Assembly: GCA_051530055.1 (NCBI GenBank)
Contig: CM121341.1
Location: forward strand, 19,311,081-19,375,080
Direction: 5' to 3'
Source of the DNA: Neoechinorhynchus agilis
Lineage: Eukaryota > Animalia > Acanthocephala
DNA: 64,000 bases
A model generated the notes under the pieces. That model worked only from the letters and a program-made list of their open reading frames with translations, was not told the origin of the DNA and did no database searches. Position 1 is the stretch's first letter, and each line of letters starts with the position of its first letter. The translations under genes and the position numbers were made by a program. This document shows, in pieces, positions 52,201 to 64,000 of the stretch.

Positions 52201-53440
52201 GTGTCAGCGTTTTTGACCCGACATTTTTTCCCTACGTCTCAACAATATATTATCAAGCTGAGCTAAGCGTCTCTTGGGATTTTTTCCCATGGCATGTTTG
52301 GACGGATTCTTTTGACCCATAAACGTCGCCAAACGCCACGGACGCTTCCGGAATAAAGTGTTAGCAGACACGAGATCATGCCGCTCCAGCGCCTCAACCA
52401 AGTACCGGCTGTTCCGATTCTCGCCTTTCAACACATATAGCGATCTTTCGGAATGCGGTAATATCGTGTTGAAGTCACCGGCTATTAGGAGGGTGTCTCT
52501 GTTTGGTACATCATCTAATGTTTCGGCTAGATTTCTATAAAATCCTTCAAGCGCCTCTTCATCCGACGAGGAGGTCGGTGAATATACACCAAAAGCATAA
52601 AGATTTCTCGACCGAAGCTTTATGCTGGCACGAAGGATTCGGCCAGTTATAATACTGCATAGTGCTGAGTTTCGGAGGCGAGGTGATAAACAAACGCCTA
52701 CACATCCATTTCCTCGACTGTCCGCAGATAGGTAAGATAATGACCAGCCTCCTCCTAAATCCTCCTGATTTACGTCGGAGTCAGACTGGCCTCTTATGCG
52801 CAATTCTTGTAAAAACACAAGATCCACTCTGGCGTCCCTTGCCAATTTGGCCAGGGTTCCCCTACGCCATTGCGCTCGCCGACTCCTACAATTCAAGGAT
52901 CCGATTCGTAGTCCTCTTCTATCTGAAATAGCTAGGCCAAAGGGCTCACGGCTGTCAGCGCCACCTGAACAGTCCGTACACACCACGGTGATGTGCTTCG
53001 ACTGACGCTTTCGTTGCCTCCGGCGACAGTTTCGCTCATTTCGACGCTCAAGTCGTCGGCGAGAGCTACGACGCCCTCGCTTTTTCCCGTTGCACTTTTG
53101 GATTTTGTTGCTCCCGTTCGCTGCCGCATCACCAAGTGGAGCGGCACACCGACCCCGCGTTGACAGGCTACTTTCAGTAGCTGTCTGGCCGCCGGAGCTG
53201 CTTCTTTTAGGTGACCGACAAGAATCAGTAACATCAAGTCCGATCATCGTGAAAGAATATCGAGGTCGTGAAAGAATTTGAAACGTATAGACGAGCTGTG
53301 GAGATCTAAATTGAAGAACCTCCTCAAGCTTCCGAGGAATCTCATCGATGGCGCATTTTATTTGCCACTCTCAAAAGTGGTCTTGGATTTAGAAGCCTAA
53401 ATTTTTGAACTAATGACGTTTTCGGAACGAGTAAACGGCG
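49300..53440 (+). mobile_element. R2/NeSL-type (RLE) non-LTR RT fragment, split by the RTE at 49971-53276
   Basis: VKQRDPPCRLLFAICID...LVYAYDFLL (49356-49670) and ...LGTSWDITSTNL. It continues after 53276 as KRIDELWRSKLKNLLKLP...FYLP..KSGLGF. Confidence 0.7.
49971..53276 (-). mobile_element. Near full-length RTE-clade LINE (basic N-terminus, APE, RT, (ATACA)n tail)
   Basis: IGSLNCRS...VFLQELR...GDFN (52204-53247); EQNGFREGRG...FVDFRRAFDSV...GTLQGDTLA...YADDIV (50463-52055). A few frameshifts. Confidence 0.93.
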
Positions 53441-54540
53441 GACGTAACTATGACTGCGACTAAAAGAATTTTCGACTGGAGAGCGAACAGCACAAAATAT
53501 GGCTGAGACGGCTGCTGAAGGATCATTAAAAGTGTTCCACAATTTTATGGGCAGAATGAATACTTGCTACTGAGAGTCTTATCAAAATCAATTATTTATC
53601 CTAAATCAATCGTTTTACACAAATATACTTTTTAATGTAATTTTATAAGAAATAGAAGATACAATCAAGCAATAATTTTAAACTGATAACGAGTAATAGT
53701 ATTGTAAAAGTGACCATGTTTATATTTTATTACCTAATAAATGCGCTTGGTACACATGTTATGGATTAAACGTTTTTTCGATATGAACAAAGAAACAGCT
53801 CAAGCAGCAATAAAACACTGCACTCGATTTCTGTTTTCCTGTATGTTATTTGCTGAAAATCAGAAGATATTACATGAGCAGATGTTGAAATTTTTAAGCT
53901 TATGACGCCATGTTTTCGATATAGAAAACGAAAAGACTAAAGCACTGATAAAACAGTGTAGTCGATTTCTTTTTTCCTGTATGTAATTTGCTCAAAATCC
54001 GAACATATTGGATGATCACGTGTTTAAATTTGTAAAACTGATGACACCTTCTAAGCGAGTGAACGGCGGACGTAACTATGACTTTCTTACTGGTGAACGT
54101 GTTATGGATTCATCATGTTTTCCATTTACACAAGGAAAAGGCTCAAGCAGCAATAAAACACTGCACTCGATTTCTGCTTTCCTGTATATTATTTGCTGAA
54201 AATCAGAAGATATTGTATGAGACCGGGTTCAAATTTTTAAGCTGATGACGTCATGTTTTCGATGTAAGAAACGAAAAACAAAAGCACCAATAAAAACTGC
54301 AGTCGATTTCTTTTTTCCTGTATGTGATTTGCTCAAAATGAAAAGATATTGCGTGAGCACGTGCTCGTATTTTTTAAACAAATGACGTTTTTGAAACGAG
54401 TAAAAGGCGGACGTTAGTAATACTTCATGAATGGTAAACGCGTCATGGATAAAACATGTTTTCGATATAAACAACGAAAAAAAAATAAAGCAGAAATAAA
54501 ACACTGAACTCGATTGCTGTTGTCCTGTATGTTATTTGCT
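53420..54540. repeat. Degenerate AT-rich tandem repeats (AATAAAACACTGCAGTCGATTTC / GAGTAAACGGCGGACGT modules)
   Basis: The motifs recur several times here and again inside each 3.1-kb unit (e.g. 55700-55990). Confidence 0.75.
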
Positions 54541-54864
54541 ACAAAACAACAACAATGGAATATTCATCGCTGTAAAAGCGCGCAGTTAGTTAAAAAAATT
54601 GCGCTTTGTTAAAAACAAGATACAAAGACGATATTTGAGAAGCAGTTAAAAGATGGATAGATATACGGACCTCAGGATGTTCAGCAGATTGTTGCTTTGG
54701 AAGATGCAGGAACGGTTAGTTGTGCCCCGCATGATAGTGAACGGTTTTTTTCGTGTGATAGTGTCCTCCCAAAAAGTTCCGCATCTGAAAATTATGAAAA
54801 AATTACAAGAAGACCTACAAAAAAAGAAAATTTTGTCATGCGATAGCTGTAATCGGTGTTGACG

Positions 54865-54895
<31 letters not shown>

Positions 54896-55216
54896 TAAAG
54901 TGAAGAAATTAATTTAAGCGCGGGTAAACGGTGGACGTTTCAAAATTGAGAAAATGCTTAGTCTTATGACTTAAGCAATGTAAATGTGTTGAACGGGGTT
55001 CAAAACCTGGGTATACATGAGGGACTCCCTCCATCGGAGTCCCTCTCAAGGCAAAGCATAGGACAGGCTATGCAAGGTGGTGCTTGACGGTGACGTCATT
55101 GATAGCTCTCTGAGCGCGACAGAAAAGCATATGGCATAAAAAGGGTTCATGCTGGTGTGACATAATTGAAAGCTCTATGAGCTGGGCCGAGAAGCGTGCG
55201 GTGCAAAAAGATTCAT

Positions 55217-55458
55217 TTTAACTTAGCGATAATCACTCAGAAAATTGATTTATATTGAAAATTTTCGGCTTTTTCGTTGGCCTTCTTCAGTCAGATCTAC
55301 AATGCTTGTAGGTTTTAAACTCGAATATTTAAAAACTTACAAGCATTGTAGATCTGACTGAAGAAGGCCAACGAAAAGGCCGAAAATTTTCAATATAAAT
55401 CAATTTTCTGAGTGATTATCGCTAAGTTAAATTGAAACAATAATGATTAATTTCTTTA
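55217..55458. mobile_element. 242-bp hammerhead foldback with perfect 13-bp duplication CAAAAAGATTCAT (also 61436-61677; damaged copy at ~58333-58560)
   Basis: Arms ~100 bp around a CTCGAATA loop. CTGAAGA-A-GGCC-aacgaaaa-GGCC-GAAAATTT at 55358-55388 and its mirror. Duplication at 55204-55216 and 55459-55471. Confidence 0.88.
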
Positions 55459-58400
55459 CAAAAAGATTCATGTTGTTGACCTAATTGATAGCTCTCTGAG
55501 CGGGACAGAGAAGGATGGGGCATAAAAAGGGTTCATGCTGGTGTGACATAATTGAAAGCTCTATGAGCTGGTCCGAGTAGCCTGCGGTGCGAAAAGGTTC
55601 ACGTTGTTGACCTAATTGATAGCTCTCTGAGCACGGCAGAGAAGCGTGTGGCATTAACATATAGATGTCAATCAATCACTCAATTCATAATGGAAAACGA
55701 TTTATGGAATTCAAATGTTTTCGATATAAACAACGAAAAACTAAAACAGCAATAAAACACTGCAGTCGATTTCTGTTTTCCTGTATGTTGTTTGCTCAAA
55801 ATCAGAAAACATTGAAATAGCACGTGTTCTTATTTCTTAGCGGATGGCGTCATATTTTTATGCAAAAAACGAAAAAACTAAAGACGCAATAAAACACTGT
55901 AGTCGATTTCGGTTTCCTGTATTTTGTTTGCTCAAAATCGGAAGCTATTGCACTATCACGTGTTTTTATTTTTAAACTGATGATGATTTTGAAACGAGTA
56001 AACGGCGGAGGATGCCAGGTGAGAGGCGGAAAACTTGCCGCCATTGCAATTATGAGAGTGAAACTTGCTTGCACGTATTGAATGGGCCCGAGTTCTCAGC
56101 GGACGCAATTGTTAAGCGGCACGACGATGTGCAGCGATGCTTTGTAACAGCAATAAATAAGTCGAACGAAGAAAGCGACACAAGTGCATCAGACAAATAT
56201 GTTGGTTTCACCGTCGAAAACGGCAACCACATATTCGACGACGAAGAAAAACCTTCACAAGCCAGATCTGCTTAGCTGAAAATTAAGTTACCTAAATAAA
56301 CCGAGTCTCTGAACGTGTTATGGATTTAACGTGTTTTCGATAAAAACAAAAGCTATATTAGTTAACGAACTAACCGGCACACTTCTTAGGATCATTAAGA
56401 GTATCGGTCCCAATTCAAATGCCCGTACACCGTAACGCGGCGAAGACAAAAAAATTAAATAACGGAAACAATGACGAAGTTCAATCTCATACACTTGAAC
56501 AAATTGCTAGTTCCCCAGTGCCCGACATTTATCAACTGGAATTTTCGTCAATTTTAAAGCACATTCCCAAGGGGGCAAGAACCCAGGTGGCACAATCATA
56601 CACAAAATCTATTGCAACGTTGTGCTGAGAACAATGAGGATATTGATTGGGTAAAACTTTTGCTTTCCCCGCCTTGTTCTCAGCTCTAGCAACTCAATAT
56701 GAGGGGAATTTGACATCCAACATTAATAGGCTAGTGGAGTTCGACGCGAATTTAAAGAGAATGACCGAATCCTCAGCGTCTCCCGAAAATTCGTCTAGTA
56801 AAAGCCGTAAACAAGGCACAGTCCGGCCACTGGGTCAATGCGTATCGGCGAAGCTCGCAGACGGGGATGTTCGCGGTGCGGTTCGGCTTCTAGCCTCAAC
56901 TGAAGATTTTGCGCCAAATCATGGCACAACTTTTGAGGCTCTATTAAAGTTGCATCCGTCATCGGAGTCGAACTCCACCAATTTTACACCAACTGCTCAG
57001 GCTTTCCGAGCAAATAGTTTAGAAATAAGGAAAGCTGTGTCCTCCTTCGCCAATGGCTTTTCTACAAGTGCTTCGGGAATAGCAATCGTAACTGCTTTGC
57101 TTAAAATAGTTGATATTTTCATCGAGGGCTCCATTGGCAATTTGGCTACACATCTTTTCTTCGGCGCCTCTTTGTGTGCTTTGTCCAAGAAAGATGGTGG
57201 GATTCGTCCCATCGCCATTGGCTGCACTTTGCGTAGGTTAGCCGCGAAAGTTTTATGCAGGTGAATCTCCGATAAAACGGGAGAATTTTTAAGACCCTGT
57301 CAGTTAGGTTGCTGCACTCCTTGTGGAGTTGAAGCGGTCGTGCATGCTTTGCGAAAATTTATCCCCCAACGAACAAAGCCAACAGCAATTCTGAAAATAG
57401 ATTTTAAAAATGCTTTCAATACCTTAAAAAGGGAAATAATGTTAAAAGCAATTGAGGATGTCGTCCCAGAGGCTTACCCCTATTTCTGGAGAGCATATTC
57501 TAAACATACGCCACTGCTGTACAACGAGAAAATAATTTGGTCGCAGAGCGGTGTACAACAGGGAAATCCACTCGGCCCCACAGGCTTCTCCGTCGCAGCA
57601 AATGATCTTGCCCATTCAATGTTTTCTTCTTTCAACGCTTGGTACTTGGACGATGCCACACGGTGGCGATCCAAGTGTTGTTTTGAGCGACCTTCAAAGG
57701 ATCGTGAATGAAGCTGACCGCTTGGGAATAGAAATAAATCCCCAAAAATATCCTGAACGCAACTGAATGATGGATAGATATACGGACCTCAGGATGTTCA
57801 GCAGATTGTTGCTTTGGAAGATGCAGGAACGGTTAGTTGTGCCCCGCATGATAGTGAACGGTTTTTTTCGTGTGATAGTGTCCTCCCAAAAAGTTCCGCA
57901 TCTGAAAATTATGAAAAAATTACAAGAAGACCTACAAAAAAAGAAAATTTTGTCATGCGATAGCTGTAATCGGTGTTGACGCACTGTGATTTCTGCCCAG
58001 TGCTCTGAATGTTAAAGTGAGAAATTAATTTTAGCGCGGGTAAACGGTGGACGTTTCAAAATTGTGAGAAAATGCTTAGTCTCGTGACGTAAGCAATATA
58101 AATGTGTTGAACGGGGTTCAAAACCTGGGTATACATGAGGGACTCCCTCCATCGGGGTCCCTCTCAAGGCAAAGCATAGGACAGGCTATGATAGGATGTG
58201 CTAGACGGTGACGTCATTGATAGCTCTCTGAGCGCGACAGAGAAGCATGTGGCATAAAAAGGGTTCATGCTGGTGTGACATAATTGAAAGCTCTATGAGC
58301 TGGGCCGAGAAGCGTGCGGTATAAAAAGGTATTTTAACTTAGCGATAATCACTCAGAAAATTGATTTATATTGAAAATTTTCGGCTTTTTCGTTAGCCTT

Positions 58401-59519
58401 CTTCAGTCAGATCTACAATGCTTGTAGGTTTTTTTTAAACTCGAATATTTAAAAACTTACAAGCATTGTAGGTGTTTGTAAGTTGAAAATTTTCAATATA
58501 AATCAGTTTTCTGAGTGATTATCCTTTAATGAAAGTGAAACAATAATGATTAATTTCTTTACAAAAAGATTCATGTTGTTGACCTAATTGATAGCTCTCT
58601 GAGCGGGACAGAGAAGGATGGGGCATAAAAAGGGTTCATGCTGATGTGACATAATTGAAAGCTCTATGAGCTGGTCCGAGTAGCCTGCGGTGCGAAAAGG
58701 TTCACGTTGTTGACCTAATTGATAGCTCTCTGAGCACGGCAGAGAAGCGTGTGGCATTAACATATAGATGTCAATCAATCACTCAATTCATAATGGAAAA
58801 CGATTTATGGAATTCAAATGTTTTCGATATAAACAACGAAAAACTAAAACAGCAATAAAACACTGCAGTCGATTTCTGTTTTCCTGTATGTTGTTTGCTC
58901 AAAATCAGAAAACATTGAAATAGCACGTGTTCTTATTTCTTAGCGGATGGCGTCATATTTTTATGCAAAAAACGAAAAAACTAAAGACGCAATAAAACAC
59001 TGTAGTCGATTTCGGTTTCCTGTATTTTGTTTGCTCAAAATCGGAAGCTATTGCACTATCACGTGTTTTTATTTTTAAACTGATGATGATTTTGAAACGA
59101 GTAAACGGCGGAGGATGCCAGGTGAGAGGCGGAAAACTTGCCGCCATTGCAATTATGAGAGTGAAACTTGCTTGCACGTATTGAATGGGCCCGAGTTCTC
59201 AGCGGACGCAATTGTTAAGCGGCACGACGATGTGCAGCGATGCTTTGTAACAGCAATAAATAAGTCGAACGAAGAAAGCGACACAAGTGCATCAGACAAA
59301 TGTGTTGGTTTCACCGTCGAAAACAATAACCACATATTCGACGACGGAAGAAACCTTCACAAGCCAGATCTGCTTAGCTGAAAATTAAGTTACCTAAATA
59401 AACCGAGTCTCTGAACGTGTTATGGATTTAACGTGTTTTCGATAAAAACAAAAGCTATATTAGTTAACGCGACTAACTGTACACTTCTTAGGATCATTAA
59501 GGGTATCGGTTCCCATCCA

Positions 59520-60870
59520 ATTGCCCTTTACCAACAATTTTTAGTGGCCCAATACGGCGGAGACAAAAAAATTAAATAACGAAAACAATAAGGAAGTTCA
59601 ATCTCATAGACTTGAACAAATCGCTAGTTCCCCAGTGCCCGACATTTATCAACTGGAATTTTCGTCAATTTTAAAGCACATTCCCAAGGGGGCAAGAACC
59701 CAGGTGGCACAATCATACACAAATCTATTGCAACGTTGTGCTGAGAACAATGAGGATATTGATTGGGTAAAACTTTTTGCTTTCCCCGCCTTGTTCTCAG
59801 CTCTAGCAACTCAATATAGGGGAATTTGACATCCAACATTAAAAATAGGCTAGTGGAGTTCGACGCGAATTTAAAGAGAATGACCGAATCCTCAGCGTCT
59901 CCCGAAAATTCGTCTAGTAAAAGCCGTAAACAAGGCACAGTCCGGCCACTGGGTCAACGCGTATCGGCGAAGCTCGCAGACGGGGATGTTCGCGGTGCGG
60001 TTCGGCTTCTAGCCTCAACTGAAGATTTTGCGCCAAATCATGGCACAACTTTTGAGGCTCTATTAAAGTTGCATCCGTCATCGGAGTCGAACTCCATCAA
60101 TTTTACACCAACTGCTCAGGCTTCCCGAGCAAATAGTTTAGAAATAAGGAAAGCTGTGTCCTCCTTCGCCAATGGCTTTTCTACAGGTGCTTCGGGAATA
60201 GCCCTCGGAACTGCTTTGCTTAAAATAGTTGATATTTTCATCGAGGGCTCCATTGGCAATTTGGCTACACATCTTTTCTTTGGCGCCTCTTTGTGTGCTT
60301 TGTCCAAGAAAGATGGTGGGATTCGTCCCATCGCCATTGGCTGCACTTTGCGTAGGTTAGCCGCGAAAGTTTTATGCAGGAGAATCTCCGATGAAACGGG
60401 AGAATTTTTGAGACCCTGTCAGTTAGGTTGCTGCACTCCTTGTGGAGTTGAAGCGGTCGTGCATGCTCTGCGAAAATTTATCCCCCAAAGAACAAAGCCA
60501 ACAGCAATTCTGAAAATAGATTTTAAAAATGCTTTCAATACCTTAAAAAGGGAAATAATGTTAAAAGCGATTGTGGATGTCGTCCCAGAGGCTTACCCCT
60601 ATTTCTGGAGAGCATACGCTAAACATACGCCACTGCTGTACAACGACAAAATAATTTGGTCGCAGAGCGGTGTACAACAGGGAGATCCACTCGGCCCCAT
60701 AGGCTTCTCCGTCGCAGTAAATGATCTTGCCCATTCAATGTTTTCTTCTTTCAACGCTTGGTACTTGGACGATGCCACACTCGGTGACGATCCAAGTGTT
60801 GTTTTGAGCGACCTTCAAAGGATCGTGAATGAAGCTGACCGCTTGGGAATAGAAATAAATCCCCAAAAAT
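59520..60870 (+). pseudogene. CRE-clade RT fragment in array unit 2 (paralogs at ~56420-57750 and ~62640-63990)
   Basis: GDVRGAVRLL; KKDGGIRPIAIGCTLRRLAAK; KIDFKNAFN; GVQQGDPLGP; WYLDDATL. Truncated after GIEINPQK. Units 1 and 3 carry a TGA and QGNPLG. Confidence 0.88.
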
Positions 60871-63800
60871 GATGGATAGATATACGGACCTCAGGATGTT
60901 CAGCAGATTGTTGCTTTGGAAGATGCAGGAACGGTTAGTTGTGCCCCGCATGATAGTGAACGGTTTTTTTCGTGTGATAGTGTCCTCCCAAAAAGTTCCG
61001 CATCTGAAAATTATGAAAAAATTACAAGAAGACCTACAAAAAAAGAAAATTTTGTCATGCGATAGCTGTAATCGGTGTTGACGCAATGTGATTTCTGCCC
61101 ATTGCTCTGAATGTTAAAGTGAAGAAATTAATTTAAGCGCGGGTAAACGGTGGACGTTTCAAAATTGAGAAAATGCTTAGTCTTATGACTTAAGCAATGT
61201 AAATGTGTTGAACGGGGTTCAAAACCTGGGTATACATGAGGGACTCCCTCCATCGGAGTCCCTCTCAAGGCAAAGCATAGGACAGGCTATGCAAGGTGGT
61301 GCTTGACGGTGACGTCATTGATAGCTCTCTGAGCGCGACAGAAAAGCATATGGCATAAAAAGGGTTCATGCTGGTGTGACATAATTGAAAGCTCTATGAG
61401 CTGGGCCGAGAAGCGTGCGGTGCAAAAAGATTCATTTTAACTTAGCGATAATCACTCAGAAAATTGATTTATATTGAAAATTTTCGGCCTTTTCGTTGGC
61501 CTTCTTCAGTCAGATCTACAATGCTTGTAAGTTTTAAACTCGAATATTTAAAAACTTACAAGCATTGTAGATCTGACTGAAGAAGGCCAACGAAAAGGCC
61601 GAAAATTTTCAATATAAATCAATTTTCTGAGTGATTATCGCTAAGTTAAATTGAAACAATAATGATTAATTTCTTTACAAAAAGATTCATGTTGTTGACC
61701 TAATTGATAGCTCTCTGAGCGGGACAGAGAAGGATGGGGCATAAAAAGGGTTCATGCTGGTGTGACATAATTGAAAGCTCTATGAGCTGGTCCGAGTAGC
61801 CTGCGGTGCGAAAAGGTTCACGTTGTTGACCTAATTGATAGCTCTCTGAGCACGGCAGAGAAGCGTGTGGCATTAACATATAGATGTCAATCAATCACTC
61901 AATTCATAATGGAAAACGATTTATGGAATTCAAATGTTTTCGATATAAACAACGAAAAACTAAAACAGCAATAAAACACTGCAGTCGATTTCTGTTTTCC
62001 TGTATGTTGTTTGCTCAAAATCAGAAAACATTGAAATAGCACGTGTTCTTATTTCTTAGCGGATGGCGTCATATTTTTATGCAAAAAACGAAAAAACTAA
62101 AGACGCAATAAAACACTGTAGTCGATTTCGGTTTCCTGTATTTTGTTTGCTCAAAATCGGAAGCTATTGCACTATCACGTGTTTTTATTTTTAAACTGAT
62201 GATGATTTTGAAACGAGTAAACGGCGGAGGATGCCAGGTGAGAGGCGGAAAACTTGCCGCCATTGCAATTATGAGAGTGAAACTTGCTTGCACGTATTGA
62301 ATGGGCCCGAGTTCTCAGCGGACGCAATTGTTAAGCGGCACGACGATGTGCAGCGATGCTTTGTAACAGCAATAAATAAGTCGAACGAAGAAAGCGACAC
62401 AAGTGCATCAGACAAATGTGTTGGTTTCACCGTCGAAAACAATAACCACATATTCGACGACGAAAGAAACCTTCACAAGCCAGATCTGCTTAGCTGAAAA
62501 TTAAGTTACCTAAATAAACCGAGTCTCTGAACGTGTTATGGATTTAACGTGTTTTCGATAAAAACAAAAGCTATATTAGTTAACGAACTAACCGGCACAC
62601 TTCTTAGGATCATTAAGGGTATCGGTTCCCATCCAATTGCCCTTTACCAACAATTTTAGTGGCCCAATACGGCGGAGACAAAAAAATTAAATAACGAAAA
62701 CAATAAGGAAGTTCAATCTCATAGACTTGAACAAATCGCTAGTTCCCCAGTGCCCGACATTTATCAACTGGAATTTTCGTCAATTTTAAAGCACATTCCC
62801 AAGGGGGCAAGAACCCAGGTGGCACAATCATACACAAATCTATTGCAACGTTGTGCTGAGAACAATGAGGATATTGATTGGGTAAAACTTTTTGCTTTCC
62901 CCGCCTTGTTCTCAGCTCTAGCAACTCAATATAGGGGAATTTGACATCCAACATTAAAAATAGGCTAGTGGAGTTCGACGCGAATTTAAAGAGAATGACC
63001 GAATCCTCAGCGTCTCCCGAAAATTCGTCTAGTAAAAGCCGTAAACAAGGCACAGTCCGGCCACTGGGTCAACGCGTATCGGCGAAGCTCGCAGACGGGG
63101 ATGTTCGCGGTGCGGTTCGGCTTCTAGCCTCAACTGAAGATTTTGCGCCAAATCATGGCACAACTTTTGAGGCTCTATTAAAGTTGCATCCGTCATCGGA
63201 GTCGAACTCCACCAATTTTACACCAACTGCTCAGGCTTTCCGAGCAAATAGTTTAGAAATAAGGAAAGCTGTGTCCTCCTTCGCCAATGGCTTTTCTACA
63301 AGTGCTTCGGGAATAGCAATCGTAACTGCTTTGCTTAAAATAGTTGATATTTTCATCGAGGGCTCCATTGGCAATTTGGCTACACATCTTTTCTTCGGCG
63401 CCTCTTTGTGTGCTTTGTCCAAGAAAGATGGTGGGATTCGTCCCATCGCCATTGGCTGCACTTTGCGTAGGTTAGCCGCGAAAGTTTTATGCAGGTGAAT
63501 CTCCGATAAAACGGGAGAATTTTTAAGACCCTGTCAGTTAGGTTGCTGCACTCCTTGTGGAGTTGAAGCGGTCGTGCATGCTTTGCGAAAATTTATCCCC
63601 CAACGAACAAAGCCAACAGCAATTCTGAAAATAGATTTTAAAAATGCTTTCAATACCTTAAAAAGGGAAATAATGTTAAAAGCAATTGAGGATGTCGTCC
63701 CAGAGGCTTACCCCTATTTCTGGAGAGCATATTCTAAACATACGCCACTGCTGTACAACGAGAAAATAATTTGGTCGCAGAGCGGTGTACAACAGGGAAA

Positions 63801-64000
63801 TCCACTCGGCCCCACAGGCTTCTCCGTCGCAGCAAATGATCTTGCCCATTCAATGTTTTCTTCTTTCAACGCTTGGTACTTGGACGATGCCACACGGTGG
63901 CGATCCAAGTGTTGTTTTGAGCGACCTTCAAAGGATCGTGAATGAAGCTGACCGCTTGGGAATAGAAATAAATCCCCAAAAATATCCTGAACGCAACTGA

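Larger units (their letters stand above)
54653..64000 (+). repeat. ~3.1-kb tandem array, three copies, continuing beyond the window
   Basis: ATGGATAGATATACGGACC at 54653, 57770 and 60872 (periods 3117 and 3102). Each unit has a ~65-bp minisatellite, a hammerhead foldback, AT-rich repeats, a CCHC/RHD fragment and a CRE-type RT fragment. Confidence 0.96.

Noticed and set aside
53090-53260. Firm call of an HDV-like ribozyme at the RTE 5' end
   Set aside because: P2-like, P4-like and J4/2-like parts are visible, but P1 and P3/L3 could not be assigned.
54900-54960. Spliced-leader RNA gene (GG|GTAAAC) as the CRE target
   Set aside because: It is a variant of the local GAGTAAACGGCGGACGT repeat motif, with no convincing Sm site or SL hairpins.
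54646-63908. Numerous 60-110-aa ORFs repeated in the 3.1-kb units, and antisense ORFs over LINEs (e.g. 25589-26047, 51385-51624)
   Set aside because: They are antisense or off-frame shadows of TE and repeat sequence, recur only because the DNA repeats, and have no recognisable motifs.

Overview
Eukaryotic, compact, probably metazoan DNA: animal-type VKORC1, GT-AG introns mostly about 30-60 nt, tightly packed genes. Gene islands (UTP20 3' part, an ATRIP-like gene, SDS22/PPP1R7, GCLC, VKORC1, NUP93, a RhoGAP-domain gene, a Pro-rich gene and several unidentified ORFs) alternate with dense retroelement debris: Penelope-like (PLE; RT+GIY-YIG), APE-type LINEs, RTE, CRE/RLE-type and one internally deleted Gypsy. 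There is also a 172-bp satellite with an embedded 454-bp array, and a ~3.1-kb tandem array at the right end. The ORF track uses alternative starts and ignores introns, so many listed ORFs are partial or antisense artefacts. Main unexplained structure: a ~9.78-kb block (18054-27836) bounded by two 100%-identical, inverted, outward-facing 160-bp repeats, each containing a U3-A8 hammerhead-ribozyme fold, with a 13/15 direct repeat outside. The block encloses a decayed PLE RT-GIY core and two divergent, convergent gag-APE-RT modules that both start at the same nucleotide of the repeat. The same architecture recurs in miniature as 242-bp hammerhead foldbacks with 13-bp target duplications. Also notable is a Gypsy element whose primer-binding position is complementary to its own LTR (possible self-priming). 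All calls were made by eye, without database searches or folding software.
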